The position numbers and the translations under genes were made by a program. A DNA stretch of 64,000 nt from Candidatus Calditenuis fumarioli (GTDB taxonomy: Archaea > Thermoproteota > Nitrososphaeria_A > Caldarchaeales > Calditenuaceae): positions 320,001 to 384,000 of the forward strand of contig JANVYR010000001.1 in assembly GCA_030059665.1 (NCBI GenBank), written 5' to 3'. Position 1 is the first letter of the stretch. The number at the start of each line of letters is the position of its first letter. The notes below the pieces were generated by a model, which had not been told where the DNA came from, searched no databases, and saw nothing but the letters and a program-made list of their open reading frames with translations. Of the stretch, positions 45,447 to 55,518 are shown one piece after another.

Positions 45447-46046
45447 CTAAAACCTCTGCGAAGTGGACCTTGGTCGGATCACCAGCTTGATCATACCCCG
45501 AGAGACGGTCTGGTTGATCACGTCGATCCCGTAAACGTTAAGCATCTCCCTCGCGGCCACGGATACGGCCTCCGTCGTCTCCACGGAATCCCCCACACCG
45601 ATAACCGATATCTCGAGCCCGTCCTTCCCCAGCTCCCTCAGCTCGACGCGCTTAAGCGGGAAGAAGTACGAGAAGAGCGCCGCGAGGCTCACGAGTTCCT
45701 CGAAGCTCGGGGCGTACGTCTTCATCAGGAGGCCGACGTCCCTGCCGAGCTGGCTGAAGAGGGAGAAGAGCCTTTTCCGGTCGTGGGAGTAGAGCTCCTT
45801 GATCAGCGCGTCCATGAAGTAGGAGGGGAGAACGACGGCGTCCGCATCCCTCAGGACCTTGTAGACCTTCCAGAGGTTGGAGATGATCGCGTCGCTCCCG
45901 CTCTCCCGGACGACCTGTATCCCCTGCTCGAGGATGGACGAGGCGAGCGCGTAGACGGACATCTTCCTCTCCTTCGCCAGCTCCGAGAGCTTCTCGGCCA
46001 CATCACGCCTCACAGCGAGCGTGGTCCTCCCTTTGCTGGAGTCCAA
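45447..46046 (-). CDS. Hypothetical protein with possible N-terminal ribbon-helix-helix
   Basis: RTTLAVRRDVAEKLSELAKERKMSVYAL. Confidence 0.65.
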   Translation of the reverse strand: MDSSKGRTTLAVRRDVAEKLSELAKERKMSVYALASSILEQGIQVVRESGSDAIISNLWKVYKVLRDADAVVLPSYFMDALIKELYSHDRKRLFSLFSQLGRDVGLLMKTYAPSFEELVSLAALFSYFFPLKRVELRELGKDGLEISVIGVGDSVETTEAVSVAAREMLNVYGIDVINQTVSRGMIKLVIRPRSTSQRF

Positions 46047-46111
46047 CTCCTTACGAAATCCTACAACGCAGTATTCATTTGTGTTTATCTGTCGTCAGGG
46101 ATGGAGGCGCT

Positions 46112-46612
46112 TCAACCCGCAGGTGCCTGCTGGGCGCGCTCCTTCAGCAGGAGCCTTATCTTCCCCTCCTCGTCCTTCTTCACGAGGTATCCGGGGGCGT
46201 TCACGATCTGATCCCCTATCGCGATGTGCCTGTGGACGACCAGCTGCCTTGCGTGGTAAATCGTCTTGGCCAACCCCAACCTGTAAACGACCGTCTGGAG
46301 CCGGCGCTCGAGGATGTCCCGAACGGTGAGCTTCAGCACGTCGTCTGCGGTCGCGTTCTCGGACACAAGTCCGTACTTGGCCAAGGTCCTGATCAGCTCC
46401 GACTCCTTTCTGGCCCGCTCCTCGCCGCTGAGGACGAACAGGCTCCGGGCTATCTTCCTGTACTTCCTCAGGATCGCCTGCGCCCTCCACAGCTCCCGCT
46501 TGTTCCTGAGGCCGTACTCGCCCACCAGCCTGAGCTCCTCCATCAGCCTGTCGGCGCGCCAGGGATGCCTCGGCGTCTCGTACTTCTTCCTCGGTCTCTT
46601 CGGATCGCCCAT
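46112..46612 (-). CDS. rps4: 30S ribosomal protein S4 (uS4)
   Basis: MGDPKRPRKKYETPRHPW, YGLRNKRELW, LERRLQT, ARQLVVHRHI. Start at ATG 46612. Confidence 0.97.
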   Translation of the reverse strand: MGDPKRPRKKYETPRHPWRADRLMEELRLVGEYGLRNKRELWRAQAILRKYRKIARSLFVLSGEERARKESELIRTLAKYGLVSENATADDVLKLTVRDILERRLQTVVYRLGLAKTIYHARQLVVHRHIAIGDQIVNAPGYLVKKDEEGKIRLLLKERAQQAPAG

Positions 46613-46712
46613 CCCGATCGACCCTCTATGAGACCCATTTAGTCCTATCGGCTCGCCTGGGAGAAGCGCGGGCGGAGACACGGAAAAATGCCGCGAGATC
46701 AGTCTATCGAAC

Positions 46713-48500
46713 GTGAGCGTCAGGGACCTGATCGCGGGGTACGTCGAGGCTGCCCTCGGAGAGCGCGAGCTCACGCTCCTCATCAGGGGTGCATCTGTCC
46801 TGAACGTCTTCTCGGGGGAGCTGGAGGACGTCAATATCGGCGTCTACCGGGACAGGGTCGTCTACCTCGGCAGGGAGGAGAGGAGGGCCGAGAGGGTGCT
46901 GGACGTGAAGGGGGTCGCGGTTCCTGGGTTCATCGACACGCACCTGCACATCGAGAGCAGCATGGTCACGCCGGCAAGGTTCGCGGAGGCCGTTCTCCCC
47001 CACGGGACCACCACTGTGGTTGCCGATCCCCATGAGATCGCGAACGTCCTCGGCAAGGAGGGCGTCAGGATGATGCTGGAGAACTCGAGGGGCTTGCCGC
47101 TGAAGGTCTACTACTTCATGCCGACCTGCGTGCCGGAGTCCGACGCGGTCACAGCAGGCGCTGAGATAACGCCCGAGGACGTGGAGGAGGCCCTCGGCTG
47201 GGACGGGATAGCAGGGCTCGGAGAGGTGATGGACTACGAATCGGTACTGGCCAGGCGGGAGAAGTTCATGCGCATCCTGGAGGCAGGCTGGAGGAGGAAC
47301 TCGGTGATAGACGGCCACTGCGTCCTCCTCTCCGGTGCCAGGTTGAACGCGTACATCGCTGCGGGGCCTGAGGCGGACCACGAGAACTTCACGATCGAGT
47401 CGATGCTCGAGAAGCTCAGGCGAGGGATGTACGTCAAGCTGAGGGGCCCGTACATCCTCGATCCGAGGAGGTTCGTCGAGGCGCTGAAGGGATTGCCGAA
47501 CGGCTGGGAGAGGGTCGTCTTCGTGACGGACGATGTGATGCCCGACACGCTGCTGGAGAAGGGGCACCTCGACTTCGTCGTCAGGTCGATGATCGAGGCC
47601 GGGATGGACGAGGTCGAGGCGATCAGGAGCGCGACCCTCAGGCCGGCGGAGCACATGAGGATGCGGGATCTCGGCGCGATCGCACCTGGAAGGATCGCTG
47701 ACGTCCTGATCCTCAGGGACCTCAGGAGGGTGGATGTTGACCTGGTGGTCGCGAGCGGCGTTCCGGTTGCGAGGGGTGGAAGGCTGATCGTTCAGCTCGA
47801 GAGGAGGAGCTTCGACCGGAGGGCTTACGGCACGGTGAGGGTCAAAGAGCTCAAACAGGAGGACTTCGTCTTCAGGGCCCCCATCAAGGAGGGCAGGATG
47901 AGAGTGAGGGTGGTTGACTTCCCGAGGCCAGAGGAGATCGCCGGCGACGTCTCCTGGACCTTCCTCCAGATGATCGTGACGAAGCTGTCGGAGGCTGAGA
48001 TCGAGGTCCGAGATCACAGGCCGGTGCTCGGCGAGGTGGCGCTGATGAAGGTGATCGAGCGTCACGGGAAGCACGGGTCGAGCGGCGTGGGGTTCGTACG
48101 GAACCTCCTCAGGAGGGGCGCGGTGGCAACAACGGTCGCTCACGACTCCCACAACCTCGCCGTCGTAGGAACGAACCCGGTCGACATGCACGTCGCAGCG
48201 ACGGAGGTGATCAGAGCGGGAGGCGGGATGGCTGCAGCACTTGACGGGAAGGTTCTGGCCCTGATCGAGCTGCCGATCGCGGGGCTGATGTCGGAGGAAC
48301 CGGTGGAGGTGATGGCGGGTAAGATGAGGGCGTTCCGGGAGGCCCTCAGGAGGCTCGAAGCCATCGACCACCCGTACATGCCTCTGATCTCGCTGATGAC
48401 GCTCTCCGTGATACCGAGGGTCAGGGTCACCGACAAGGGGCTCTTCGACGTTATCGAGCAGCGCTTCCTCGATCCGGTGATCGAGGCCGTTCCGAGCTGA
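46713..48500 (+). CDS. ade: Adenine deaminase (AdeC type)
   Basis: PGFIDTHLHIESS, GTTTVVADPHEIANV, GEVM, IDGH, DHE, AHDSHN, LPIAGLMS. Confidence 0.93.
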   Translation: MSVRDLIAGYVEAALGERELTLLIRGASVLNVFSGELEDVNIGVYRDRVVYLGREERRAERVLDVKGVAVPGFIDTHLHIESSMVTPARFAEAVLPHGTTTVVADPHEIANVLGKEGVRMMLENSRGLPLKVYYFMPTCVPESDAVTAGAEITPEDVEEALGWDGIAGLGEVMDYESVLARREKFMRILEAGWRRNSVIDGHCVLLSGARLNAYIAAGPEADHENFTIESMLEKLRRGMYVKLRGPYILDPRRFVEALKGLPNGWERVVFVTDDVMPDTLLEKGHLDFVVRSMIEAGMDEVEAIRSATLRPAEHMRMRDLGAIAPGRIADVLILRDLRRVDVDLVVASGVPVARGGRLIVQLERRSFDRRAYGTVRVKELKQEDFVFRAPIKEGRMRVRVVDFPRPEEIAGDVSWTFLQMIVTKLSEAEIEVRDHRPVLGEVALMKVIERHGKHGSSGVGFVRNLLRRGAVATTVAHDSHNLAVVGTNPVDMHVAATEVIRAGGGMAAALDGKVLALIELPIAGLMSEEPVEVMAGKMRAFREALRRLEAIDHPYMPLISLMTLSVIPRVRVTDKGLFDVIEQRFLDPVIEAVPS

Positions 48501-48512
48501 GGTCCCGATGAG

Positions 48513-49922
48513 GTGAGGTCGTTGACGTTCGACCTCTTGCTGAGGAACTGCAGGGCGGTGGACGTCACGGGCGTCCAGGAGTGCGACGTGGCGATAGAGG
48601 ACGGAAGGATCGCGAAGCTCGCGAGGAACGCGGAGGACCAGGCCGATCGCGTGATCGACTGCCGGGGGATGCTAGTCTTTCCCGGAGCGATAGACGGACA
48701 CGTCCACTTCGAGATGGATTACGGACCCGGCATCAGGACCGCCGACGACTTCAGGACAGGGACCGAGAGCGCGGCTTGCGGCGGGGTTACGACGGTCATA
48801 GACTTCGTGACGCCCAGGAGGGGCCAGTCCCTGATAGAGGCCTTCGAGGAGCGCCTCGGCGCGGCCCAAGCTAAGGCGGTGGTGGACTTCGGGCTGCACG
48901 TCTGCGTGCTCGAGGTCAACGGGCAGCGCCTGTCTGAGCTGAGGCACCTCGTCTCGGAGCGCGGCGTGGCATCGGTCAAGGTCTTCACCGCGTACAGGGC
49001 GAGGGGATTGATGATAGACGACGGCTCGCTGGTCAGGCTCGCCAGGGAGCTGGCCGCGATGGACGTCCTGATGCTCTGCCACTGCGAGAACGAGGACATG
49101 ATCGCGAAAGCAACGGAGGAGCTGGTTTTCGAGGGGAGGACGGGAATCGAGCACTACGAGTCGAGCAGGCCGGACTTCGCCGAGGCCGAGGCCGTTAACA
49201 GGATAGGTTTTGTCTCGAGCCTCACGGGCGTCGAGTTCCTGGTGGTCCACATCTCCTCGGCAGCAGCGCTCTCCTCCCTGAGGGCACTCAAGAGGTCAGG
49301 GGTGAGGGCGAGGGGGGAGACGTGCCCGCACTACCTCCTCTTCACGAAGGACCTGTACGCCACCGATAGGGGCCCGCTGTACGTGATGGCTCCACCGCTC
49401 AGGACCGAGGTCGACAGGAGGAGCCTCTGGCAGGGCATCGCCGACGGAGCGATCGACGTGGTGGGTAGCGACCACGCGCCCTACCTCGCGGTTCACAAGT
49501 CGAGGTCGAAAGACTTCAGGGAGGTCCCGGGAGGGGTCCAGGGCACGGAGGTGATCGTGCCGGTGCTCTTCTCGGAAGGAGTTCGTAAGGGGATAATCGG
49601 GCTGGAGAGGTTCGTCGAGCTGACGTCGCACAACCCCGCCAGGCTCTACGGCCTCTCCCACCGGAAGGGGAGGATCGCGGTGGGATGGGACGCGGACCTC
49701 GTGGTGCTGGACCCGTCGAAGAGGGTCAGGCTAGGTAAGGAGGTGCTCCACAGCGCCCTCGACCACTCGATCTACGAGGGCATCGAGGTGACGGGCTACC
49801 CGGTCATCACGATCTCCCGCGGCGAGGTGGTGGCAGAGAACGGTCAGGTCCTCGGGAGGCCCGGAAGGGGCCAGTACCTCCACCGCAGCAGGAAGAGGGC
49901 GGAACCCGTTCAGCTCAGGTGA
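48513..49922 (+). CDS. hydA: Dihydropyrimidinase/hydantoinase-family cyclic amidohydrolase
   Basis: PGAIDGHVH, GGVTTVIDF, carbamylated-Lys strand SVKVFTAY, HCEN, ETCPHYL, MAPPLR, GSDH. Confidence 0.88.
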   Translation: MRSLTFDLLLRNCRAVDVTGVQECDVAIEDGRIAKLARNAEDQADRVIDCRGMLVFPGAIDGHVHFEMDYGPGIRTADDFRTGTESAACGGVTTVIDFVTPRRGQSLIEAFEERLGAAQAKAVVDFGLHVCVLEVNGQRLSELRHLVSERGVASVKVFTAYRARGLMIDDGSLVRLARELAAMDVLMLCHCENEDMIAKATEELVFEGRTGIEHYESSRPDFAEAEAVNRIGFVSSLTGVEFLVVHISSAAALSSLRALKRSGVRARGETCPHYLLFTKDLYATDRGPLYVMAPPLRTEVDRRSLWQGIADGAIDVVGSDHAPYLAVHKSRSKDFREVPGGVQGTEVIVPVLFSEGVRKGIIGLERFVELTSHNPARLYGLSHRKGRIAVGWDADLVVLDPSKRVRLGKEVLHSALDHSIYEGIEVTGYPVITISRGEVVAENGQVLGRPGRGQYLHRSRKRAEPVQLR

Positions 49923-51184
49923 CGCCTCAGCTCCTCCACCTCAGGCGATATCAGCGGGACCTCACCCACCCCTCCCAGAAGCTTCTCCACCTCCTTCAGC
50001 CCCGAACCGGTCACGAGCACCACCACCCTGTCCGACCTGTCCAGGAAGCCCTCGTCGAGAAGCCTCCTGAGGGCCGCAAGCCCCACAGCACCGGACGGCT
50101 CCGCGAACACACCTGCCTTAGAGGCCAGAACCCTGACCGCATCCATGATCTCTTCGTCGGGCACGGCAACTCCCTTCCCTCTGGTCTTCTTGACACCCTC
50201 GATCGCGGCGTCTCCGTCCCAGGGGAAGGGGTCGAGTAGGCCTGATGCGACGGACCTCGGGTTCGGCTCGGGCTGGATCCGCTCAAAGGGGATGCCCGCG
50301 TTGATCGCCCTCACCAGCTGCTGGTTCCCCTCCGGCTGGACCGGTATCAGCATTGGAAGCTCCTCCTCCCTCAGGATTCCCAGCGCCATCAGGTCCCTGA
50401 GGCCCTTCCAGAGACCGGTAAGGAAGCATCCGGACCCCGTCGGGACGAGGACCGCGTCGGGCGACTTCCATCCCAGCTGCTCCACCAGCTCGTAGACGAC
50501 GGTCTTGGGGCCCTCGACTTGGTACGGGTTGAAGGGGCCGAAGCTCGGGCACGGGTACCAGCCGAAGGCCCGGACCGCCTTGACCATGAGGTCCACCGTC
50601 GGGTCCTTTCCCGGCTCAACGGCCCTCACCCGGAAGAGCTTTGCGCCGAAGGTGATCAGCTGGGCCGCCTTCCCTAACGAGACGTCCTCGGGGACGAAGG
50701 CGTAGCAGGAGATTCCGGAGGAGGCGCAGTAGGCCGCGAGGGATGAGGCAGCGTTGCCGCTGGACGCGGTGACCGCCACCCTCTTCCCCAGCTCGACCGC
50801 CTTCGCGACCCCAACGGCCATCGCCCTGTCCTTGAAGGAACCGGTCGGATTTCGTGTCTCGTCCTTGAGGTACACGCTCCTTGTCCCGAGGAAGTCGTTC
50901 AGCCTCCTGGAGAATATCAGCGGGGTCCACCCCTCCCTCAGCGGGGCTGCGTGCTCCTTCGATGCTGGCATGAGCTCCCAGTATCGCCAGACGCCCATCT
51001 CCACCGGACGCGACGCTATCGTCTCCCTCCCGAGGACCTCCTTGACGGCCTCGTAATCGTAGACCACGTCGAGCCTGCCGAGGTCCATGTTGTCGCACAT
51101 CACCGGCCCCTGCTCGGGCCTGTACCTCCTGCCGCACCTCGAGCAGATCAGCTCCACCACGAACCGACTTCGCCCGCCCCCCAA
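49910..51184 (-). CDS. thrC: Threonine synthase-family PLP enzyme
   Basis: N-terminal Zn ribbon, EGWTPL, NPTGSFKDR, ASSGNAA, PTGSG, TGSGLK. Real start probably ~51160. Confidence 0.85.
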   Translation of the reverse strand: MGGGRSRFVVELICSRCGRRYRPEQGPVMCDNMDLGRLDVVYDYEAVKEVLGRETIASRPVEMGVWRYWELMPASKEHAAPLREGWTPLIFSRRLNDFLGTRSVYLKDETRNPTGSFKDRAMAVGVAKAVELGKRVAVTASSGNAASSLAAYCASSGISCYAFVPEDVSLGKAAQLITFGAKLFRVRAVEPGKDPTVDLMVKAVRAFGWYPCPSFGPFNPYQVEGPKTVVYELVEQLGWKSPDAVLVPTGSGCFLTGLWKGLRDLMALGILREEELPMLIPVQPEGNQQLVRAINAGIPFERIQPEPNPRSVASGLLDPFPWDGDAAIEGVKKTRGKGVAVPDEEIMDAVRVLASKAGVFAEPSGAVGLAALRRLLDEGFLDRSDRVVVLVTGSGLKEVEKLLGGVGEVPLISPEVEELRRHLS

Positions 51185-51191
51185 ACGCAGC

Positions 51192-52559
51192 TCACCTTCT
51201 CAGCGGAAGGGGCTCAACGGCCTCCGGGGGTGAGGTGCCGAGCCTCTCCCAGAGCCTCTCGATGGTCCGGAGGACCCTCCTCTCCGCCTCCTCTCTGTCC
51301 ACGGTGAGGAGCCTGCCATCACGGACGATCTGCCTGCCTCCGACCACGACGTGCCTGACGTCACCGCCGCTCAGCGCGTTGACCACGTACGCGTATGGGT
51401 CCCCTGTCGTGGGCGTGGCAAGGACCCTGGGCCTCAGGACCACCACGTCTGCGAGGTTCCCAGGCGAGATCGAGCCGTAGTTCCTCATCCCGTAGGCCTC
51501 CGCGGCCCTCTTCGTGACCATCTCCAGCACCTGTCGGGGACTGAGAGCCCTTGGGTCCCTCTTCGCAACTCGGTGGAGGAGGAATGCAGCCCTGGCGTTC
51601 TCGAGCATGTCGAAGACGTACCCGTCGTTACCGAGGCAGACGTTCACACCCGCGGTTAGCATCTCGGGAACCGGTGCGACGCCGACCGCGTTCAGCATGT
51701 TGCTCATGGGGTTGTGGGCCACGCTGGTCCTGTGCCTCGCGAGGGTCGCCACCTCGCTCAGCGTGAGGTGGACGCAGTGTGCTAGGACGGCCCTGCTGCT
51801 CAGCGCCTCGAGGTCCTCCAACCGCTCCACCGTCCTCTTCCCGTACCGCTCGATGTTGTGATAGACGTCGTTCGGTCCCTCAGCGACGTGGATCGTTATG
51901 GGGCAGTTGTACCGCTTTGAGAGCTCTACGCCCTTCCTGATCAGCTCGTCGGAGACGGTGAAGGACGCGTGGATGCTGACCATCCCGTACGCGTTCCCCT
52001 TGGGGCCTTTGAGGTACCGTTCGTTCTCCCGGAGGCCCCTCTCGCCCTCCTCGGCGCTCCTCCGCTCGGTCGCCTCGAAGGCAATGAAGCCGCGGATCCC
52101 CACCTCGTTGACGGCGTTGGCTATCGCGTCGAGGGAGCCCTCGATCCCGTTCGGCGCGGAGTACGTGTCGGCGAAGCAGGTGGTACCGGTGAGGGCCATC
52201 TCCATGCAGGCCGCAAGGGCTGTCGCGTAGGCGTCGTCGTTCGTCAACCTCTCGTCCAGAGGCCACCAGACCCTCTGGAGGATCTGCAGGAAGTCCGACG
52301 GAGGCTTCACCTCGAGGCTAGCCCCCCTCAGCGCTATGCCGTAGAGGTGCGTGTGACCGCAGAAGAGCCCCGGCAGGACGAAACCTCCCCTCGCGTCTAT
52401 CACCTGGTCTGGCTTCCCCTCCCGCTCCACCTCATCGGCCCTCCCGACCTTCGCGATCCGGTCGCCCTCGATCAGCACCGCGCCGTCGTGCACCACGCCG
52501 AGCCTCTCGTCCATCGTGATGACAACCCCGCCTCGAACGAGGAGCCTCTCCTCCGCCAT
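51192..52559 (-). CDS. ssnA: SsnA-like amidohydrolase (metal-dependent)
   Basis: PGLFCGHTHLYGIALRG, FLQILQRVWWPLD, GTTCFAD, HASFT, IHVAEG, HNPMSN, LGNDG. Start at ATG 52559. Confidence 0.78.
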   Translation of the reverse strand: MAEERLLVRGGVVITMDERLGVVHDGAVLIEGDRIAKVGRADEVEREGKPDQVIDARGGFVLPGLFCGHTHLYGIALRGASLEVKPPSDFLQILQRVWWPLDERLTNDDAYATALAACMEMALTGTTCFADTYSAPNGIEGSLDAIANAVNEVGIRGFIAFEATERRSAEEGERGLRENERYLKGPKGNAYGMVSIHASFTVSDELIRKGVELSKRYNCPITIHVAEGPNDVYHNIERYGKRTVERLEDLEALSSRAVLAHCVHLTLSEVATLARHRTSVAHNPMSNMLNAVGVAPVPEMLTAGVNVCLGNDGYVFDMLENARAAFLLHRVAKRDPRALSPRQVLEMVTKRAAEAYGMRNYGSISPGNLADVVVLRPRVLATPTTGDPYAYVVNALSGGDVRHVVVGGRQIVRDGRLLTVDREEAERRVLRTIERLWERLGTSPPEAVEPLPLRR

Positions 52560-52573
52560 CGTCACCCACCACC

Positions 52574-53581
52574 TCAGATAGAGCTGAGAGCCTTGATCGC
52601 GTAATCGAGGTTCCCGCTCAGCAGCAAAATCAGTGGGGCCGTGCAGCCGTGCCTCATGTACTCCTCGATCTTCTTTTTGACCTCCTGGGGCGTCCCGGAT
52701 GCGGTGATCATCCTCACCACCTCGTCCGGAACTATCTCCATCGCACGCTCGATCCCGCCGGGCTTCGCGGGCCATCCTCCCATCGCTTTCTGGACCTCCT
52801 CGATCAGGTCCTCGCTTACGCCGCTCGCCTTCATGATGTGAGGCTGCTGGCCGAGCGTCATCGTCACGTGCTTCTTCGCGACCTTGACCGCCCTCTCCCC
52901 GTCCTCGTCGATCGAGCAGGCGATCAGCTGCGGCCTGTCGATGTCCTCCAGCCTCCTGCCAGACCTCTCGGCTCCCCTCTTGATGTGCTCGAGGGCCTTG
53001 TCGTTGTACGCAGGCGACACTAGGTAGTTCAGCAGGACCCCGTCCGCGATTTCACCGGCCAGCTCCATCATCTTGAAGCCCGTGGCTCCGATGTAGATGG
53101 GGACGTTCCTCGGAACCTGTCCCTTCCCGTGCAGGACGTCGAGCCTGATGCCCCTAACCTTCACGAACTTACCCTCGTACGTGACCTCCTCCATCCTCAG
53201 CAGCCGCCGGATCACCTCGACGTACTCCCTCATGCACTGCAGCGGCTCCTTCCTCTCTATCCCGACCTTCCAGGCGAGCGGGTCCCACCAGGCCCCGAGC
53301 CCCAGCATGACCCTGTTGTCGGCGAGCTCGTCAAGCGTCGCGAAGGTCTGCGCTATCAGGGCGGCGTTCCTGGTCCAGGTGTTGATCACGCCCGCACCAA
53401 CCTTGATCCTCTCCGTCACCGTCGCTATCGCGGTCATCGGGACTATCGCGTCCCTCGAGAGCCTCGACTCGGCCACCCATGCGGACTCGAAGCCGTGCTT
53501 CTCGGCCATCTGCGCGTACCTCACCATGTCCCTCACGTGCATGTCCTGGAGGTAAAGTCCGAGCCTGGGTATGGACGCCAC
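52574..53581 (-). CDS. LLM-class flavin/F420-dependent oxidoreductase (Mer-like)
   Basis: [32 protein letters not shown]. Confidence 0.87.
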   Translation of the reverse strand: MASIPRLGLYLQDMHVRDMVRYAQMAEKHGFESAWVAESRLSRDAIVPMTAIATVTERIKVGAGVINTWTRNAALIAQTFATLDELADNRVMLGLGAWWDPLAWKVGIERKEPLQCMREYVEVIRRLLRMEEVTYEGKFVKVRGIRLDVLHGKGQVPRNVPIYIGATGFKMMELAGEIADGVLLNYLVSPAYNDKALEHIKRGAERSGRRLEDIDRPQLIACSIDEDGERAVKVAKKHVTMTLGQQPHIMKASGVSEDLIEEVQKAMGGWPAKPGGIERAMEIVPDEVVRMITASGTPQEVKKKIEEYMRHGCTAPLILLLSGNLDYAIKALSSI

Positions 53582-53684
53582 AACAGTAGATTGCGTTGTT
53601 CCGTGATAAGTTTGCGTTCACCTGGTCACCGCCGCCACCAGCCCCGGAAAACTTTTACCTTATCTGGTACGTCCCCTGGGTGAC

Positions 53685-53915
53685 ATGCCGGTCCAGGCAT
53701 ACGTGCTGATAAGGGCGCGCACAGGTAAAGCGAGGAACGTGGCCGAGGCCATCGCGAAGGTGACGGGGTGCAGATCGGTCTGCACGGTGACGGGCAGGTA
53801 CGACGTCATAGCCCTCCTCGAGGCGGAGGACCTCAGGAGCCTGGGAGACCTGATAATTCAGAAGACCCACACGATCGACGGCGTCGAGAGGACCGAGACG
53901 GCGTTGGTCGTCTGA
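53685..53915 (+). CDS. Stand-alone Lrp/AsnC ligand-binding domain protein
   Basis: AYVLI..., VTGRYDVIA, IDGVERTET. Confidence 0.88.
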   Translation: MPVQAYVLIRARTGKARNVAEAIAKVTGCRSVCTVTGRYDVIALLEAEDLRSLGDLIIQKTHTIDGVERTETALVV

Positions 53916-53970
53916 TCAGCCAACCATCGAACCGATGCCAATTTTATTAATGTGACCTGAAATTGATTCT

Positions 53971-55518
53971 ATGGGCATGAGCCACCCCCGAACCCCTCTC
54001 GTCTCGATGAGGGGGATAACGAAGAGATTCCCGGGAGGGGTTGTTGCGAACGACCGCGTCGACTTCGACCTTTACCCGGGAGAGGTGCACGCGCTGCTCG
54101 GTGAGAACGGTGCGGGAAAGACGACGCTGATGAACGTCCTCTACGGCCTCTACGCCAAGGACGAGGGCGAGATCTACGTCGACGGCAAAAGGGTCGAGAT
54201 CAGGTCTCCGAGGGACGCCATCAGGCTCGGGATCGGCATGGTCCACCAGCAGTTCAAGCTGATACCGCGTCACACGGTCCTAGAGAACGTTGTGCTGGGC
54301 CTGAAGGAGGCCGGGTTCGTGCTGAACTACCGGAGGCTCAGGGAGGTGTTGACGAAAATCGTGAGGGAGTACGGCTGGAACCTCGACCCTGACGCGTACG
54401 TCTGGCAGCTCACGGCGTCGCAGAAGCAACAGGTGGAGATCCTGAAGCTTCTCGTGAGGAGGGCGAGGGTGCTGATTCTGGACGAGCCGACGTCCATCCT
54501 CACCCCCCAGGAGACGACCGCGCTCTTCGAGAGCATCCGTTCCATGGCGTCCAAGGGGATCGGCGTGGTGCTGGTGACCCACAAGCTCGAGGAGGTGATG
54601 CGCGTCTGCGACAGGGTGACCGTGATGAGGAGAGGTAAGGTGGTGGCCGTGAGGAAAAGGGATGAGCTGAACGCGGAGGAGCTGGTGACGCTCATGGTCG
54701 GTCGAAGGATCGAGCGCGTCTACCAGGTCTCCTCGAGACCGTCGGAGAGGAAGGTGCTCGAGGTGCGGGACCTCGTGGTGCTCGACGACAGGGGATCATT
54801 GGCGGTGAAGGGCGTGAGCTTCCACGTCTGTGCCGGAGAGGTCTTCGGGATAGCGGGGGTTGCGGGGAACGGGCAGGACGAGCTCCTCGAGGCGATCTAC
54901 GGCCTCAGGAAGGCGGTCTCAGGCAAGGTCCACCTGAACGGCAGGGACGTCACGAACCTGCCCACGTGGGAGCTGGTTAAGGAGGGCGTTGCGATGATCG
55001 TGCCGGAGGCCGTAAAGGGCGTGGGCCTCGGCCTCACCGTCGCCGAGAACCTCATGCTGAAGTGTTACAGGTACGCACCGTACTCGAGATACGGCCTGCT
55101 GAGGAGGAGGGAGCTCGAGGAGGCCGCGAGGAGGCTTGTCGAGGAGCTGAAGATCGTGACGAGGTCAGTCAACGCTAAGGCCTCCACCCTCTCAGGCGGC
55201 AACCTGCAGCGCCTGATGGTCGCGAGGGAGCTCTTCGCCAACCCCGGACGTCGGACCCCCGTCCTCCTGCTTGCCTCCCACCCGACGAAGGGGCTGGACG
55301 TGGCAGCCACAGATTACGTAAGGAGGTTGATCCTGAGCGTCCGCGACAGCGGAGCGGCCGTCGTTTTGCTCTCGGACGACTTGGAGGAGCTGATATCGTT
55401 GAGCGACAGGATAGGCGTGATGTACAAGGGCGAGATGCTGGCCGTCCTGGAGAAGGAGAGGGCGGAGGTCGAGAAAATAGGGATGCTGATGATGGGCATG
55501 AGGTCCGTGTCGCCTTAG
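53971..55518 (+). CDS. ABC transporter ATP-binding protein (CUT2 nucleoside/sugar type, two NBDs)
   Basis: GENGAGKTT, MVHQQF, LDEPT, GVAGNGQ, LSGGNLQR, PTKGLDV. Confidence 0.93.
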   Translation: MGMSHPRTPLVSMRGITKRFPGGVVANDRVDFDLYPGEVHALLGENGAGKTTLMNVLYGLYAKDEGEIYVDGKRVEIRSPRDAIRLGIGMVHQQFKLIPRHTVLENVVLGLKEAGFVLNYRRLREVLTKIVREYGWNLDPDAYVWQLTASQKQQVEILKLLVRRARVLILDEPTSILTPQETTALFESIRSMASKGIGVVLVTHKLEEVMRVCDRVTVMRRGKVVAVRKRDELNAEELVTLMVGRRIERVYQVSSRPSERKVLEVRDLVVLDDRGSLAVKGVSFHVCAGEVFGIAGVAGNGQDELLEAIYGLRKAVSGKVHLNGRDVTNLPTWELVKEGVAMIVPEAVKGVGLGLTVAENLMLKCYRYAPYSRYGLLRRRELEEAARRLVEELKIVTRSVNAKASTLSGGNLQRLMVARELFANPGRRTPVLLLASHPTKGLDVAATDYVRRLILSVRDSGAAVVLLSDDLEELISLSDRIGVMYKGEMLAVLEKERAEVEKIGMLMMGMRSVSP

